Shown: positions 54,677-64,000 of the stretch, piece by piece | How positions within the stretch are numbered: position 1 is the stretch's first letter | How the letters are laid out: each line of letters opens with the position of its first letter | Assembly: GCA_016186945.1 (NCBI GenBank) | Contig: JACPKR010000003.1 | Span: 11,542 to 75,541, forward strand | DNA: 64,000 nt | Direction: 5' to 3' | From: Deltaproteobacteria bacterium | GTDB lineage: Bacteria; Bdellovibrionota_B; Oligoflexia; Oligoflexales; Bog-1112 | The notes under the pieces: generated by a model | What the model was told of the DNA's origin: nothing | Databases searched by the model: none | What the model saw: the letters and a program-made list of their open reading frames with translations, nothing else | Position numbers and translations under genes: made by a program

Positions 54677-56317
54677 TTACCTGGGGATATAGTTCGTTTC
54701 AATCACCGCTATTTTAATGTCTGTACCTGGCTTAGTATCTGATGACTTTTCAACGATAGCATCAAAGACTTTCACCTCACCCATTGCGTTTTTTAATTTT
54801 GCCAAGGTATCGAACGAGTCTGCTTCGATGCGCAGCCTAAGCGAGCCTGACCCGTCGGGGCGAGCAGAGTAGCGATACTCCACAACTTCCACCGCAACTT
54901 CTTTGGGAAGGGCCTGGCTCATTTCCTGCAAAACTACCATAGCACCACTGTCGCTGTTCGATTTAATGAAGCCCTGGAAGGCTTCTTTTTTGCTTTCAAT
55001 CCGTCCGTTCAGCATGGCTACAGCATCGCGATGAATTTTTGAAAACGAAGTTCCTGCTGATTTTGCAAGGCGTTTGAATTCAGGGAAGCTTGCAATTTCC
55101 TTTTTGTAGACTTCCTGAATGCTCACGATTTCCCGATTATAGAGGTAGAACTTAATACCATAACCCAATCCCATGAGGAGCAATGCTATGGCAATGACTT
55201 TTGCAACAGCCCCCGCTGTGTTTAACACGGACGCATAGTCCTGGATGTAGGCGAAAGGTCCTTTCCTCAGATTGATTTGGGAGTGCCGTTTGACGGACGT
55301 CACTGCCCTTATCCCAATGGAGATTCCTTGAGACATGATAGGGACATGGGAAGCAAGTTCTGGACTAATTTGCAATTTTGAGTTTACCAGCCCGTTACTA
55401 ACGGTTTCTATCCCGATCTCTTGCGTCAGGAAGCTGTCCATATTTTTGATCAACGAGGTGCCGCCGGAAATGAAAATTTTGTCGATCGGTGCTTTTTCCC
55501 AAGTTTTGAAAGCATAGAGACTACGGCCCAATTCACGGGCGATGGGCTTTGACGCAAGGGCGATTCGCTCTGCTACGTTACGATCTTCCTTGCTGAGACC
55601 TTCTCCCGAGTCGTCTCTTACAATGACGTTGACCCTGTGTTTGATCCGTTGGGCCTCGTTAAAGGACACTTCCAGGTCTCTTGCAAGAAAATCAGTGACA
55701 TAACGACCCCCAAGATTGATAGACCGGAACATGCGTAGCACACCGTCCTGTACAAGGCAGACCGAGGTTTTCTCATGACCCAGATCGACGATACCGTAGC
55801 ACTTCCCCTTCTCCATGGGGAGATAGGGGCTGAGGTTATAAAACGACAGACTATCTACATCCACAAGTTTGGGGTCGATGCCGATGATTTTCAAATTTTC
55901 GAGAAAGGTTCCCAGGAAATTGCTTTTCGTCATCACGACCAGGGTAAAGGTCTTCCCCCCAATCGTGCCGAGAATCTGATGGTCGATAATCATCTCTTCA
56001 AGGTGGAAAGGAACCACATCTTCGACTTCAGCAAGAACTGACGACTCGATCTTATTGGGATCCGAAAAATTGAACGTCATGATGCGACTTGATATATACT
56101 GGCCGGGCATGGCTGTAATGATACGATCGGCTTGAAGGGCGTTTTCTGAGAAAATCTGCCCCAGGCAAGCGGGCAGTATGGTGGAGGGGTCGATTTCCTC
56201 GATTTGTGGAATGACCTTCTCGTAGAAATTCGTGATTTCATAGGACTTGAACTTGTTTAAAATTTCAACTGCCTTTACCGAGTAACTGCCAATGTCTAAT
56301 GCTATGATTTTCTGCAT
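54677..56317 (-). CDS. gspL: T2SS GspL-like protein (PilM actin-like domain fused to TM and PilN-like periplasmic domain)
   Basis: IALDIGSYSVKAV, VDLGHEKT, ISGGTS, INLRKG followed by a TM helix. Confidence 0.8.
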   Translation of the reverse strand: MQKIIALDIGSYSVKAVEILNKFKSYEITNFYEKVIPQIEEIDPSTILPACLGQIFSENALQADRIITAMPGQYISSRIMTFNFSDPNKIESSVLAEVEDVVPFHLEEMIIDHQILGTIGGKTFTLVVMTKSNFLGTFLENLKIIGIDPKLVDVDSLSFYNLSPYLPMEKGKCYGIVDLGHEKTSVCLVQDGVLRMFRSINLGGRYVTDFLARDLEVSFNEAQRIKHRVNVIVRDDSGEGLSKEDRNVAERIALASKPIARELGRSLYAFKTWEKAPIDKIFISGGTSLIKNMDSFLTQEIGIETVSNGLVNSKLQISPELASHVPIMSQGISIGIRAVTSVKRHSQINLRKGPFAYIQDYASVLNTAGAVAKVIAIALLLMGLGYGIKFYLYNREIVSIQEVYKKEIASFPEFKRLAKSAGTSFSKIHRDAVAMLNGRIESKKEAFQGFIKSNSDSGAMVVLQEMSQALPKEVAVEVVEYRYSARPDGSGSLRLRIEADSFDTLAKLKNAMGEVKVFDAIVEKSSDTKPGTDIKIAVIETNYIPR

Positions 56318-56401
56318 ATGGTGCCCTTTTGAGGAACGTCAGCTCTCTTTATATTCTGACTTGCCCACGATTCCCTGTCAAATTGACGAGGTCGCAAATC
56401 A

Positions 56402-56544
56402 GTAATGCGTAAGCCACTTGGGGCAAGGAGGTGGTTTGGAGGAAACTGCGCAGCTGGTTCCTCCAAACAATCCCGGGGGAGGCGACGCTTCACTCGCCCC
56501 CCCACCCCCCCCTCCCTATTTGCCCCAAGTGGCTTACGCATTAC
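56402..56544 (+). mobile_element. Family A MITE, full length
   Basis: Perfect TIR; 9-bp TSD CGCAAATCA (56393-56401 and 56545-56553) containing the gspK stop codon. Confidence 0.95.
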
Positions 56545-56550
56545 CGCAAA

Positions 56551-57846
56551 TCAAATCAGTTTCCATTGCAAAATCTGGTAAGAGCGCTTCACTTGTTGCT
56601 TGTCGCGGTTGTAGCTTTTATCTTGGGGCATAATGCGCCTAACGACGGCAACGATTTTTCGCTCCTGATCTCCCGTCGAGGCATCTATTTCAATGCGGAA
56701 TACGGAAGACTTCACGTCAAACCACTTCTCCGGATTTTTAGAAACAGTGGGATCTTCTGAAGTTCCCGTATAGCAGGCTAGAGAAGAAAGAGTCTGCTTG
56801 ACGTCATTTTCAACCACGGCTTTTTTTTCTTCCTTAAGCCTGGCCATCTTAATCGCGAAACTCTCGGCACAGGCCTGCGAACGAGCTTCCGGGACCAGGC
56901 AACTCAGAAGCTCCGGACTGATGGTATTGAGATTGATACGGGGGTCGTACTGAATATCCGCAGCTGGGTATGGATACACCGTGAGGTAAGGAGCAAATAC
57001 GGTGTGAATATCATCGTCCCATCCTTCCACCAGCCGAAGTTCATTCACAGTGTCGAACGGGAATTCCTTTGCCTTATAGGGAGGAGTCTTGTTCTCGTAG
57101 GGAGCATTCTTTTCGCCAAAACCGCTTTCCGGAGACGCACCTTTGGCTTCAGTGATGAAGTCTTTCACTCGATACGCCAGTTCCAGGGGGTCAATGTTCT
57201 TCGACTGAAGAAATTCTTTTTCCGTAGGGCAAGAGAAAAAGGCAATAAGGCGACTCAAAGTTTCTGTACAACGGCCTTTGAAGCATTCGTTGACATTAAT
57301 CTTGGAAGCCTCGTCAGAAACTTTCATCGAAAAGCTGTCGGTGAAAAGCTCCATCTGTTCAGAGACACGTTCAGAAAACACACTCCTAAGTTTGAAGGGG
57401 TCGTCGTCCTCCTCATCATCCGCCTTTGGTTTGGACGTTTTCACGAAGGCTACAAGTGTGGAGCCGATGGGAGGCAGCCGGTTTATCATGTTCCACAGAC
57501 TGGAAGCGTCATCGGCCAGCGGTTTTTTCAAAAACTCAGGCGTCGTGCCTTGCGCACGGAAGAGGTCGAACCCCCAGCTCATGCTGAGTAGAAACACTGC
57601 GAAGTTGAACCCCGACTTTGCGAGATACTCTGCCTTCACCCGATCACGGGAGGCAACGGCAAGTTCGATATTCACAGAAGACGTGACGATCATGTCGGAG
57701 ACAACCCCCAACATCAGCATGATGGTCATCATCGCGATGAGGAGCGCTATGCCTCTTCTTTTCTTCCCGACGGCCCCTCTTTCTACAGCGACAGGGAAGC
57801 CGTAGGAGATTTGCATATTTCGCAATGTCTTCAAGAATTGTTTCAT
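56551..57846 (-). CDS. gspK: T2SS minor pseudopilin GspK
   Basis: RRG|IALLIAM, AEYLAKSG, DEASKINVN, ELRLVEG and RINLNT. Confidence 0.9.
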   Translation of the reverse strand: MKQFLKTLRNMQISYGFPVAVERGAVGKKRRGIALLIAMMTIMLMLGVVSDMIVTSSVNIELAVASRDRVKAEYLAKSGFNFAVFLLSMSWGFDLFRAQGTTPEFLKKPLADDASSLWNMINRLPPIGSTLVAFVKTSKPKADDEEDDDPFKLRSVFSERVSEQMELFTDSFSMKVSDEASKINVNECFKGRCTETLSRLIAFFSCPTEKEFLQSKNIDPLELAYRVKDFITEAKGASPESGFGEKNAPYENKTPPYKAKEFPFDTVNELRLVEGWDDDIHTVFAPYLTVYPYPAADIQYDPRINLNTISPELLSCLVPEARSQACAESFAIKMARLKEEKKAVVENDVKQTLSSLACYTGTSEDPTVSKNPEKWFDVKSSVFRIEIDASTGDQERKIVAVVRRIMPQDKSYNRDKQQVKRSYQILQWKLI

Positions 57847-58610
57847 CAGTCCAACTTGTAAGAACTTGTGTGTTGTTTCAACTCGTCAAAATCCAAGGCT
57901 GTCGGCAAATATATGACGCTCGTATACTGCACGTCAGGTTTGCTGTCCTCGGTGCGGTCGCTCGCGTTTTGTGTCCAAGCCTGCACGATGACTCGCACCA
58001 TTTGCGGAAGACGGTCCTTTGTGTCGCTGCTTGTGGAATCCCACTTATCCCTCATCCAGGAATCCCCATTCCATGCTTCAAATTGAAGGGAAGCAATATC
58101 TTCTGCAAGAACCGCCATGGGAGGATCGTCGCGGAAATCCTCCGGCATACGCATTGTCTCACCTCGGTACAGGTTTTTCCGGCTTGGGTCTTTTTTCGAT
58201 GCACGCACCTGATAAACAACGTAGGCCAGGTCTGCCTCTTTGGCATGGGCGCGAATGGCTTGATGGGCAGAGTATGTTAAAGCAAGGCTGTCAGAATCCA
58301 TGCTTTTCGTAATTTTGAAAACGGTCCGAGCTTTACCACCTGCACGGACCGTATCTTTCGAGGGAACGATGAAAGCATGGCCTATATCCCTTGAAAAGGC
58401 CTCCATGATTGTGTTGAATCGATGAGTAACCATAGCTTCCTGCCCGAGTGCGTATCGCACGTCAAAACTAGCGCGGATCATCTGTGTGATGGCATAGACC
58501 ATACTAACAAGGATCGTGAGCGTGATGATCACTTCCAGGAGGGTGAATCCTCTCTGCTGTAATTCAGGGCAGGATCTCCGCTTTTCAATCTTTGGGCACA
58601 CACTGGCCAT
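57846..58610 (-). CDS. gspJ: T2SS minor pseudopilin GspJ
   Basis: RG|FTLLEVI, W..KWDST and LPQMVRV. Confidence 0.82.
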   Translation of the reverse strand: MASVCPKIEKRRSCPELQQRGFTLLEVIITLTILVSMVYAITQMIRASFDVRYALGQEAMVTHRFNTIMEAFSRDIGHAFIVPSKDTVRAGGKARTVFKITKSMDSDSLALTYSAHQAIRAHAKEADLAYVVYQVRASKKDPSRKNLYRGETMRMPEDFRDDPPMAVLAEDIASLQFEAWNGDSWMRDKWDSTSSDTKDRLPQMVRVIVQAWTQNASDRTEDSKPDVQYTSVIYLPTALDFDELKQHTSSYKLD

Positions 58611-59295
58611 CGACTAGCTCTTCCTCTGGTTTACATTTTTTCTCACCTTCATCTTTTATTTGCTTTTCATCCTTCTTTACTTCCTCTTTTTTGACTCCCA
58701 CCGGCTGTAGGGTTTCGATAAACGTGTCAAGCTTCTGCTGCGCGGTGATAAGATAGGCGAGGTCCACACTGTTCCGCTTAGCCCCTTCAGGCCAGAAGAC
58801 TTCGATGTGGGCAATTTTCAGAACCTCGTCGCCAAGAATATCTTTCAACTGACCTTTGATCATGTCAGTCATCGACTTATCACCAAGGCTTCCTGCCGCA
58901 AGTTCAATGAGAGGAAGTTTCCACTCTTCCACTGTTAGGTCGTATGTGAAATCGCAATCAAAGCCATCTCGGGGACAAAGCTTTTCGTCAAAACGTTCTC
59001 CTCTTCGCTCTTCTTTGATTTCCTTAACTTCGTAGAACTTCCATTTGTACTCAATTTGCCCGAGGATCGCTTTCCCCAACCAGACGGCTTGGGTAACTTT
59101 GCGCTCGTACTGGGAAAGATTGATGGCACTTCCTTGAACGGTACTGACTTCAAGAATCATAACGACCATCAGTCCCAGGGCGATGATGGTTTCCAAGAGG
59201 GTAAAACTCGATTCGCCACTTTTTCGCGCGCGGTCCCCCAAGGGCGGAGGGGTAGCGTCCTTGCGTTCTCGATTTGACCATTGGGCTTGACGCAT
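58585..59295 (-). CDS. gspI: T2SS minor pseudopilin GspI
   Basis: SS|FTLLETIIAL; position between gspH and gspJ. Confidence 0.75.
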   Translation of the reverse strand: MRQAQWSNRERKDATPPPLGDRARKSGESSFTLLETIIALGLMVVMILEVSTVQGSAINLSQYERKVTQAVWLGKAILGQIEYKWKFYEVKEIKEERRGERFDEKLCPRDGFDCDFTYDLTVEEWKLPLIELAAGSLGDKSMTDMIKGQLKDILGDEVLKIAHIEVFWPEGAKRNSVDLAYLITAQQKLDTFIETLQPVGVKKEEVKKDEKQIKDEGEKKCKPEEELVDGQCVPKD

Positions 59296-59303
59296 TACGG
59301 TTT

Positions 59304-60059
59304 CTAGTCCTCTTCTTCGATCGTAGTCAGATCAACTGTTTCGTAACCGTTATTGAGCACAGCTTCTCCTTGGTAGGACAGGGTAAGGAGGGTGTACGGT
59401 TGCTTCTCTTCATCCACTTCGTCCCCTCGCTTGTAGAATATGTGCATGTACGCGCGCTCTACGTATCCTACTGGGAAAAAGTAAATATGTCCGAACGCTT
59501 CATCAGGCTCAAGATTTTCAATCGCAATCTGGGTGTTGTGGTGCTCCGCCCTCATGTCTTTAATGATAAGTTCAGGCCCGAGCGACCGATCGCCCCATTC
59601 CATCGACTCCACCTTTGTCCAAAGAGGCTTTTTAAGTTTCGCCTTTGCATTCAGCACGGCAGACAGGGGGGCTAGCTCTCTGTCCTTTTCTTGATCGAAA
59701 ACGGGATCGCCTGCCGTTTCCTCAAACTTCGCGAACATTGTATCAAACTCTTCCCGTTCTTCCTGTTCCTGCGCTTGCGACGGGTCTGATTCTTTTTCCG
59801 TGGTATGCAGGTAGACGTTCTGGCTTTCTGTCGACTCCAGCCAGTACTTGCCAGAGTAGAGGTGGAAAACCAGTCGGTAAGGCTTGCGGTTCAATACGGC
59901 CATGTCGAACGCTGAACGCACATCTCCTGAAAGGCGGGAAAGTTTGTTGGCTATTTCCGTCTCGGTTTGAACCGTGAGGTTAGGCGCAGCAATTGAGTAC
60001 GCAACTGCCACCAAAGCTATGACAATCATAAGTTCGACAAGGGTGAATGCCGCTCTCAT
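59304..60059 (-). CDS. gspH: T2SS minor pseudopilin GspH
   Basis: AA|FTLVELMIVIALVA; FFPVG motif; position after gspG. Confidence 0.78.
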   Translation of the reverse strand: MRAAFTLVELMIVIALVAVAYSIAAPNLTVQTETEIANKLSRLSGDVRSAFDMAVLNRKPYRLVFHLYSGKYWLESTESQNVYLHTTEKESDPSQAQEQEEREEFDTMFAKFEETAGDPVFDQEKDRELAPLSAVLNAKAKLKKPLWTKVESMEWGDRSLGPELIIKDMRAEHHNTQIAIENLEPDEAFGHIYFFPVGYVERAYMHIFYKRGDEVDEEKQPYTLLTLSYQGEAVLNNGYETVDLTTIEEED

Positions 60060-60532
60060 TACTCCCCGGTTTCTTCCGTTTCTCTCTCGGGGTAATGGAT
60101 GTCTTTGCCTGTGCCTATCTGCCCATCAGTACCCCCGGAAGTGATTCGGAATACGGTTCCATCGGACTCATATTCGTAGCGATTTTGCCATGGATCCAAA
60201 AGTTTCTGTTCGCTTTCAACATAAGGTCCGCGCCACCGTTTGGTCGATCCAGGGTCACGAACAAGGGCGTTAAGACCTTGCTCAGTTGTTGGATATTTAT
60301 AGTTGTGGACCCTATACATTTGAAGAGCTTGAGCCAGAGTTTGCATGGATATTTTAGCCTGGTCTTCTTTGGCAGTCTCCGCTGTCTGCATGACGTTTGT
60401 AGCTATAATCGTCATTAAGGTTGCCAGCAAAGCGATTACGATGATGATCTCGATGAGAGTCATCCCTTTCGTGTTCGTTGCATGAGTCCTGTACATCATC
60501 TTTTTCCAAAACCTTGCGAGAGTCTTTTTCAT
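60059..60532 (-). CDS. gspG: T2SS major pseudopilin GspG
   Basis: KG|MTLIEIII, YPTTEQGLNALV, WRGPY and LDPWQNRY. Confidence 0.93.
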   Translation of the reverse strand: MKKTLARFWKKMMYRTHATNTKGMTLIEIIIVIALLATLMTIIATNVMQTAETAKEDQAKISMQTLAQALQMYRVHNYKYPTTEQGLNALVRDPGSTKRWRGPYVESEQKLLDPWQNRYEYESDGTVFRITSGGTDGQIGTGKDIHYPERETEETGE

Positions 60533-60550
60533 CTTTGTTCTCCTAATTGA

Positions 60551-61771
60551 TTATCGGCGAATTTGATTCATGATGGATAACATGGGGACCAACATTGCGA
60601 TTACGACAACGACAACAATCCCCCCCATTAGAATTATCATGAGTGGCTCGATCAACGAAAGGAGTGATTCAATTTTCCTTTCCACCTCAGAATCATAAGC
60701 AGCAGCCACATGCTTGAGCATTTCCTCAAGTTCTCCCGTCTTTTCCCCTGTGCGAATCATATGAGTGACCAGTGACGGAAACACCTTTGTCTTTTCTATC
60801 GTAGCAGCAAGGCTCTCGCCTTCCTGAACCGCCTGCCTTGCCTCTCCCACAGCGTTTGAGATGGGTTTGTTACCGATTATGTTTTTGGTAATTTCCAACG
60901 CCATGATAATAGGAACACCAGAACCGAGCAACGTCGAAAGCGTTTTTGTGAATTTGGAAACGTTGACCCGCAGGACAATGCCCCCAAACAGCGGAGCTTT
61001 CAAAGCCATCCGGTCGAAACTCTCACGCCCCGCCTCAGAAGCGTACCAAACTTTGAAAAGATAATAAACAGCACCAACTACAGCAACGACTATGTACCAT
61101 TTTGCCTGTAGGAACTCAGAAATATTGATCAGCCATTGCGTATACCAAGGAAGCGCCACCTTCAAACTAATGAACACTTTTTGCAACTTGGGGACTACGC
61201 TGACAAACAAATAGATGATGATGCCAAACGAAGCAAGGATCATGAGAGAAGGGTAGGCCAAGGCGCTGAAAATTTTCCCCCTCACTGCCACCTGGTATTC
61301 CTGGAAATCTGCGAGTCGCTCCAAGACTATCCCCAAACTTCCCGAGGATTCACCCGCCTTCACCATATTGACATAGAGGCGATCGAATATGTTGGGAAAG
61401 CTCCCCATAGCTTCGCCGAGGGACTTGCCTTCCGATACCATGTCCTTGACTGCGGCAAGAGCATTGCGCAGGACGGTGTTTTCCACCTGGTCGGTGAGCG
61501 CTTTCAAGCTCTCATCGAGTGGTACATGGGCACTCTGAAGTGTGGAGAACTGGCGTGTCATGATGGAAAGGTCTTGTAGTTTGACCTTTCCTTTAACTTT
61601 GATCACACCTTTTTCTTTGGTTATGGCTACTTCTTCTCGAATTTCAGAAGCGATGATATTGTCTTTCGAGCGCAATTTCTGTCGGGCAGCCTTTGGGCTA
61701 TCCGCTTCAACCTTGCCTTTCCTGGCGGCTCCAGTGGCGAAATCGTATCCTTTGTAAATGTAAAGCGGCAA
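60551..61771 (-). CDS. gspF: T2SS inner membrane platform protein GspF
   Basis: YVNMVKAGESSG, ALAYP, GEKTGEL and LIEP; TTG start. Confidence 0.93.
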   Translation of the reverse strand: MPLYIYKGYDFATGAARKGKVEADSPKAARQKLRSKDNIIASEIREEVAITKEKGVIKVKGKVKLQDLSIMTRQFSTLQSAHVPLDESLKALTDQVENTVLRNALAAVKDMVSEGKSLGEAMGSFPNIFDRLYVNMVKAGESSGSLGIVLERLADFQEYQVAVRGKIFSALAYPSLMILASFGIIIYLFVSVVPKLQKVFISLKVALPWYTQWLINISEFLQAKWYIVVAVVGAVYYLFKVWYASEAGRESFDRMALKAPLFGGIVLRVNVSKFTKTLSTLLGSGVPIIMALEITKNIIGNKPISNAVGEARQAVQEGESLAATIEKTKVFPSLVTHMIRTGEKTGELEEMLKHVAAAYDSEVERKIESLLSLIEPLMIILMGGIVVVVVIAMLVPMLSIMNQIRR

Positions 61772-61783
61772 AGCGGTGCCTTT

Positions 61784-63502
61784 CTAAGTCACTTCCAATT
61801 CTTCCGTCTGTGTCTTTTGGATAGCTTCTTCTATGGAGGTCAGACCTTGTAAAACTTTGAGAACTGCCGAGCGCCGCAAAGTGGTCAGACCTTCCTCTAT
61901 GGCAAGTTTTTTAATTTCGTTGGAATCTTGTGTCTTGTTGATGAGGATTCTTAGCTTATCAGTCATGATGAGAAGTTCATGCACTGCCATCCGCCCCACG
62001 TAGCCTATTCCATGACATTTTTCACATCCTTTCCCTTGCTTATAGATGGTTTTACCTTGTAGGTCGTTGCGGGTTAGCTCCATAACTTTCAAGTCGCGGT
62101 CTGTCGGCTCATACTTTTCCCGACAGTTGGTGCACAAGCGCCTGATGAGTCGCGTAGCCATGACCCCGATCAATGCCGATGCGATCTGGAAAGGTTGCAC
62201 GCCCAAGTCATTGAGGCGGGTGACCGCTGATGCCGCGTCGTTCGTGTGGAGCGTGGAAAACACAAGGTGACCTGTCAAGGAAGCCTGTATCGCAATGTTT
62301 GCAGTCTCATGGTCGCGGATCTCCCCGACCATGATGACATCAGGATCCTGCCGGAGAATGGCGCGCAATCCTTCGCTAAAGGTTAACCCGATCTTCGATT
62401 TCACATCGATCTGCCCCACTCCTGGGAGTCGATATTCCACAGGATCCTCGATCGTCAGAACATTAATCTCCCCGGAAACGACGTGCATGACCGAGGCATA
62501 TAGGAGAGTCGTTTTACCAGATCCGGTCGGCCCCGTTACAAGAATAATGCCGTGTCGTCTTGTAACCGCACTTTTCCAGGGATGCAGGACATTGTCATCT
62601 ATGCCCATTTCCTCCAGTCGTCTCACGCCAGCGGTTTTATCCAGAAGACGCATCACAACACGCTCACCATGGGCTGTTGGCAATACAGAAAGGCGGATGT
62701 CGATATCCTTGCCAGCAACTTTGATTCCAATGCGTCCGTCTTGCGGGACTCTCTTTTCAGCAATGTTCAATTTTCCGATAATTTTTATCCGCGAAACGAT
62801 GGAATTCAGATGCCGTTTAGGAATTTGCATCGTATCTCTAAGCGCACCGTCTATCCTGCAACGGACTACAATCTCGTTCTCGTAAGCTTCGATATGGATG
62901 TCTGATGCCTTTTCCTTCACAGCGCGAGCCAGAAGACCATTCACAAGGCGGATGATGGGTTTTTCGTCATCCGTGGATTCGAGCAAATCCTTGGTTTCCT
63001 CAAGGTCCTCACCCTCTTCTATGTCTGTCAACTCCCCAAGCACTCTCTGCGAGGTGTCCTGCGAACGTTCATACACCCGGTTGATAGCGTTGCTGATGAC
63101 CGCTGGAGGGCATACCACCATGTTGATGTTGGTCGACAGGATAAGGCGCAAATCGTCCATGGGAAAGATGTTGAGAGGATCGGCTACGGCAACAGTCACG
63201 TTAAAGACATCCCGCGCTATGGGAAGAATGAGGTTGTCCCTACAAAACTGAATAGGAATGTTCATGATCAGTTCGGGGTCGATATCATTGATCGGAAGTT
63301 TGTCATAGTAAGGAAGATCGAGTTGCATCGCCAGTGCTTTTAGCATTTGCTCTTCGCTGATCACTTCACGCTCGATGAGGATTTCGCCGAGCTTTTTCTT
63401 TTCAGCTTCCTGAGCGGACAGAGCTTCCCTAAGCTGCTCTTCTGTGATCGCTGCAGCTTCTACAAGAATCTCCCCGAGTGATTTCCTGTGCAAACTATCC
63501 AT
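61784..63502 (-). CDS. gspE: T2SS ATPase GspE
   Basis: ASDIHIE, RVPQDGR, GPTGSGKTT, EDPVEY, LRQDPDVIMVGEIRD, GHLVFSTLH and a Cys4 motif. Confidence 0.96.
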   Translation of the reverse strand: MDSLHRKSLGEILVEAAAITEEQLREALSAQEAEKKKLGEILIEREVISEEQMLKALAMQLDLPYYDKLPINDIDPELIMNIPIQFCRDNLILPIARDVFNVTVAVADPLNIFPMDDLRLILSTNINMVVCPPAVISNAINRVYERSQDTSQRVLGELTDIEEGEDLEETKDLLESTDDEKPIIRLVNGLLARAVKEKASDIHIEAYENEIVVRCRIDGALRDTMQIPKRHLNSIVSRIKIIGKLNIAEKRVPQDGRIGIKVAGKDIDIRLSVLPTAHGERVVMRLLDKTAGVRRLEEMGIDDNVLHPWKSAVTRRHGIILVTGPTGSGKTTLLYASVMHVVSGEINVLTIEDPVEYRLPGVGQIDVKSKIGLTFSEGLRAILRQDPDVIMVGEIRDHETANIAIQASLTGHLVFSTLHTNDAASAVTRLNDLGVQPFQIASALIGVMATRLIRRLCTNCREKYEPTDRDLKVMELTRNDLQGKTIYKQGKGCEKCHGIGYVGRMAVHELLIMTDKLRILINKTQDSNEIKKLAIEEGLTTLRRSAVLKVLQGLTSIEEAIQKTQTEELEVT

Positions 63503-64000
63503 CTATTCAATATCCTCTTCATCGAGGGGAGGAAGCGGGGGCTCCTCGATCACCGGAGGTTCCGGACTTATAGAAGGCTCTGGAGGTGGGGGCACTCCTG
63601 TTTCAAACCCTCCCCCACCACTGCTGCTCTCATCTAAGGGAACAGGTACTGTGACTCCTTCTTCCAGTGAACGGTCCTTAACCTCGGGAGTAGGAACTTC
63701 CGCCGGAACACCTGCCTCATCAAGGCCCATGGCTTTGTACAGTTCCTCTTGCTGTAATTGCATGTGCTTGTCTTCGGACTCGTCCGCCTTCGTCGGTCGA
63801 TACTCCCCGTCTTCCTGTTTCGGAAGCCTTTTATAGAAAGCTGTGTCGGTGTAGCCAGACCCGAAGATTTCCTCAAAATATTCATCCCTTTCCTTGACCT
63901 TGGCTTTGTAAATTGCCGCCAGATCGTTTGCCCCATGAACGATATGCGGGGTCAGGAATATGACCAGATTATTGCGTTCATTTGAAACTTCCGAATTGCG
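63503..64000 (-). CDS. gspD: T2SS secretin GspD, C-terminal part (5' outside window)
   Basis: Frame open from 64000: RNSEVSNERNNLVIFLTPHIV (secretin C-terminal motif), then a Pro/Glu-rich tail. Confidence 0.88.
   Translation of the reverse strand, partial: RNSEVSNERNNLVIFLTPHIVHGANDLAAIYKAKVKERDEYFEEIFGSGYTDTAFYKRLPKQEDGEYRPTKADESEDKHMQLQQEELYKAMGLDEAGVPAEVPTPEVKDRSLEEGVTVPVPLDESSSGGGGFETGVPPPPEPSISPEPPVIEEPPLPPLDEEDIE

Noticed and set aside
15699-56544. Recurrent repeats as a CRISPR array
   Set aside because: Copies are dispersed kilobases apart, in both orientations, with TIRs and TSDs; there are no regular spacers and no cas genes.
181-63985. The many 60-250 aa ORFs overlapping recognised genes on the opposite strand or in other frames
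   Set aside because: They are fully nested in well-supported CDSs and have no recognisable motifs.
1-64000. Autonomous transposase, RAYT, integrase or prophage genes
   Set aside because: No ORF shows DDE, HUH/Y1, tyrosine- or serine-recombinase, or phage structural motifs.

Overview
This is a 64 kb bacterial chromosomal window, mostly core genes. The gene content (alternative complex III, delta-type PilA, tamB-tamA order, a T2SS with GspN and a PilM-like L subunit) suggests Bdellovibrionota/Oligoflexia-like ancestry; this is inference. In order it contains: the 3' part of a DsrP/NrfD-family gene; three lipoprotein genes (two are paralogs) followed by GT2 and DUF2142-like genes; the actABCDEF operon plus an outer-membrane barrel; uvrB-uvrC; leuS-hemJ; an AAA/DUF4143 ATPase; a large lipoprotein-like protein with a 72-bp tandem repeat; a metallophosphoesterase; argS; comM; pilA; fba; tsaC-maf; a REC/TPR gene with tamB-tamA; a HEAT-like protein ending in an RNxxxH (HEPN-like) motif; fabG-fabH; a FliT-like/GT-TPR cassette; and a T2SS operon (gspD partial, E, F, G, H, I, J, K, L, M, N). 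No rRNA, tRNA, CRISPR array or transposase was found. The most striking unexplained structure is a dense, nested set of three non-coding repeat families. Family A is a ~145 bp MITE with ~25 bp TIRs and 8-9 bp target duplications (12 copies or fragments). Family B is a ~169 bp three-hairpin MITE with CTATAG ends, Correia/IS630-like (6 copies or fragments). Family C is a GTCATCCCG-type REP found only inside B. These elements have remodelled core genes: 99 nt of B sit in frame in the TamA signal-peptide region, A abolishes the Maf stop codon, and B brackets both ends of uvrC. Other candidate novel systems are the lipoprotein/glycosylation locus and the HEAT-HEPN protein. All analysis was done by eye, with no database searches.
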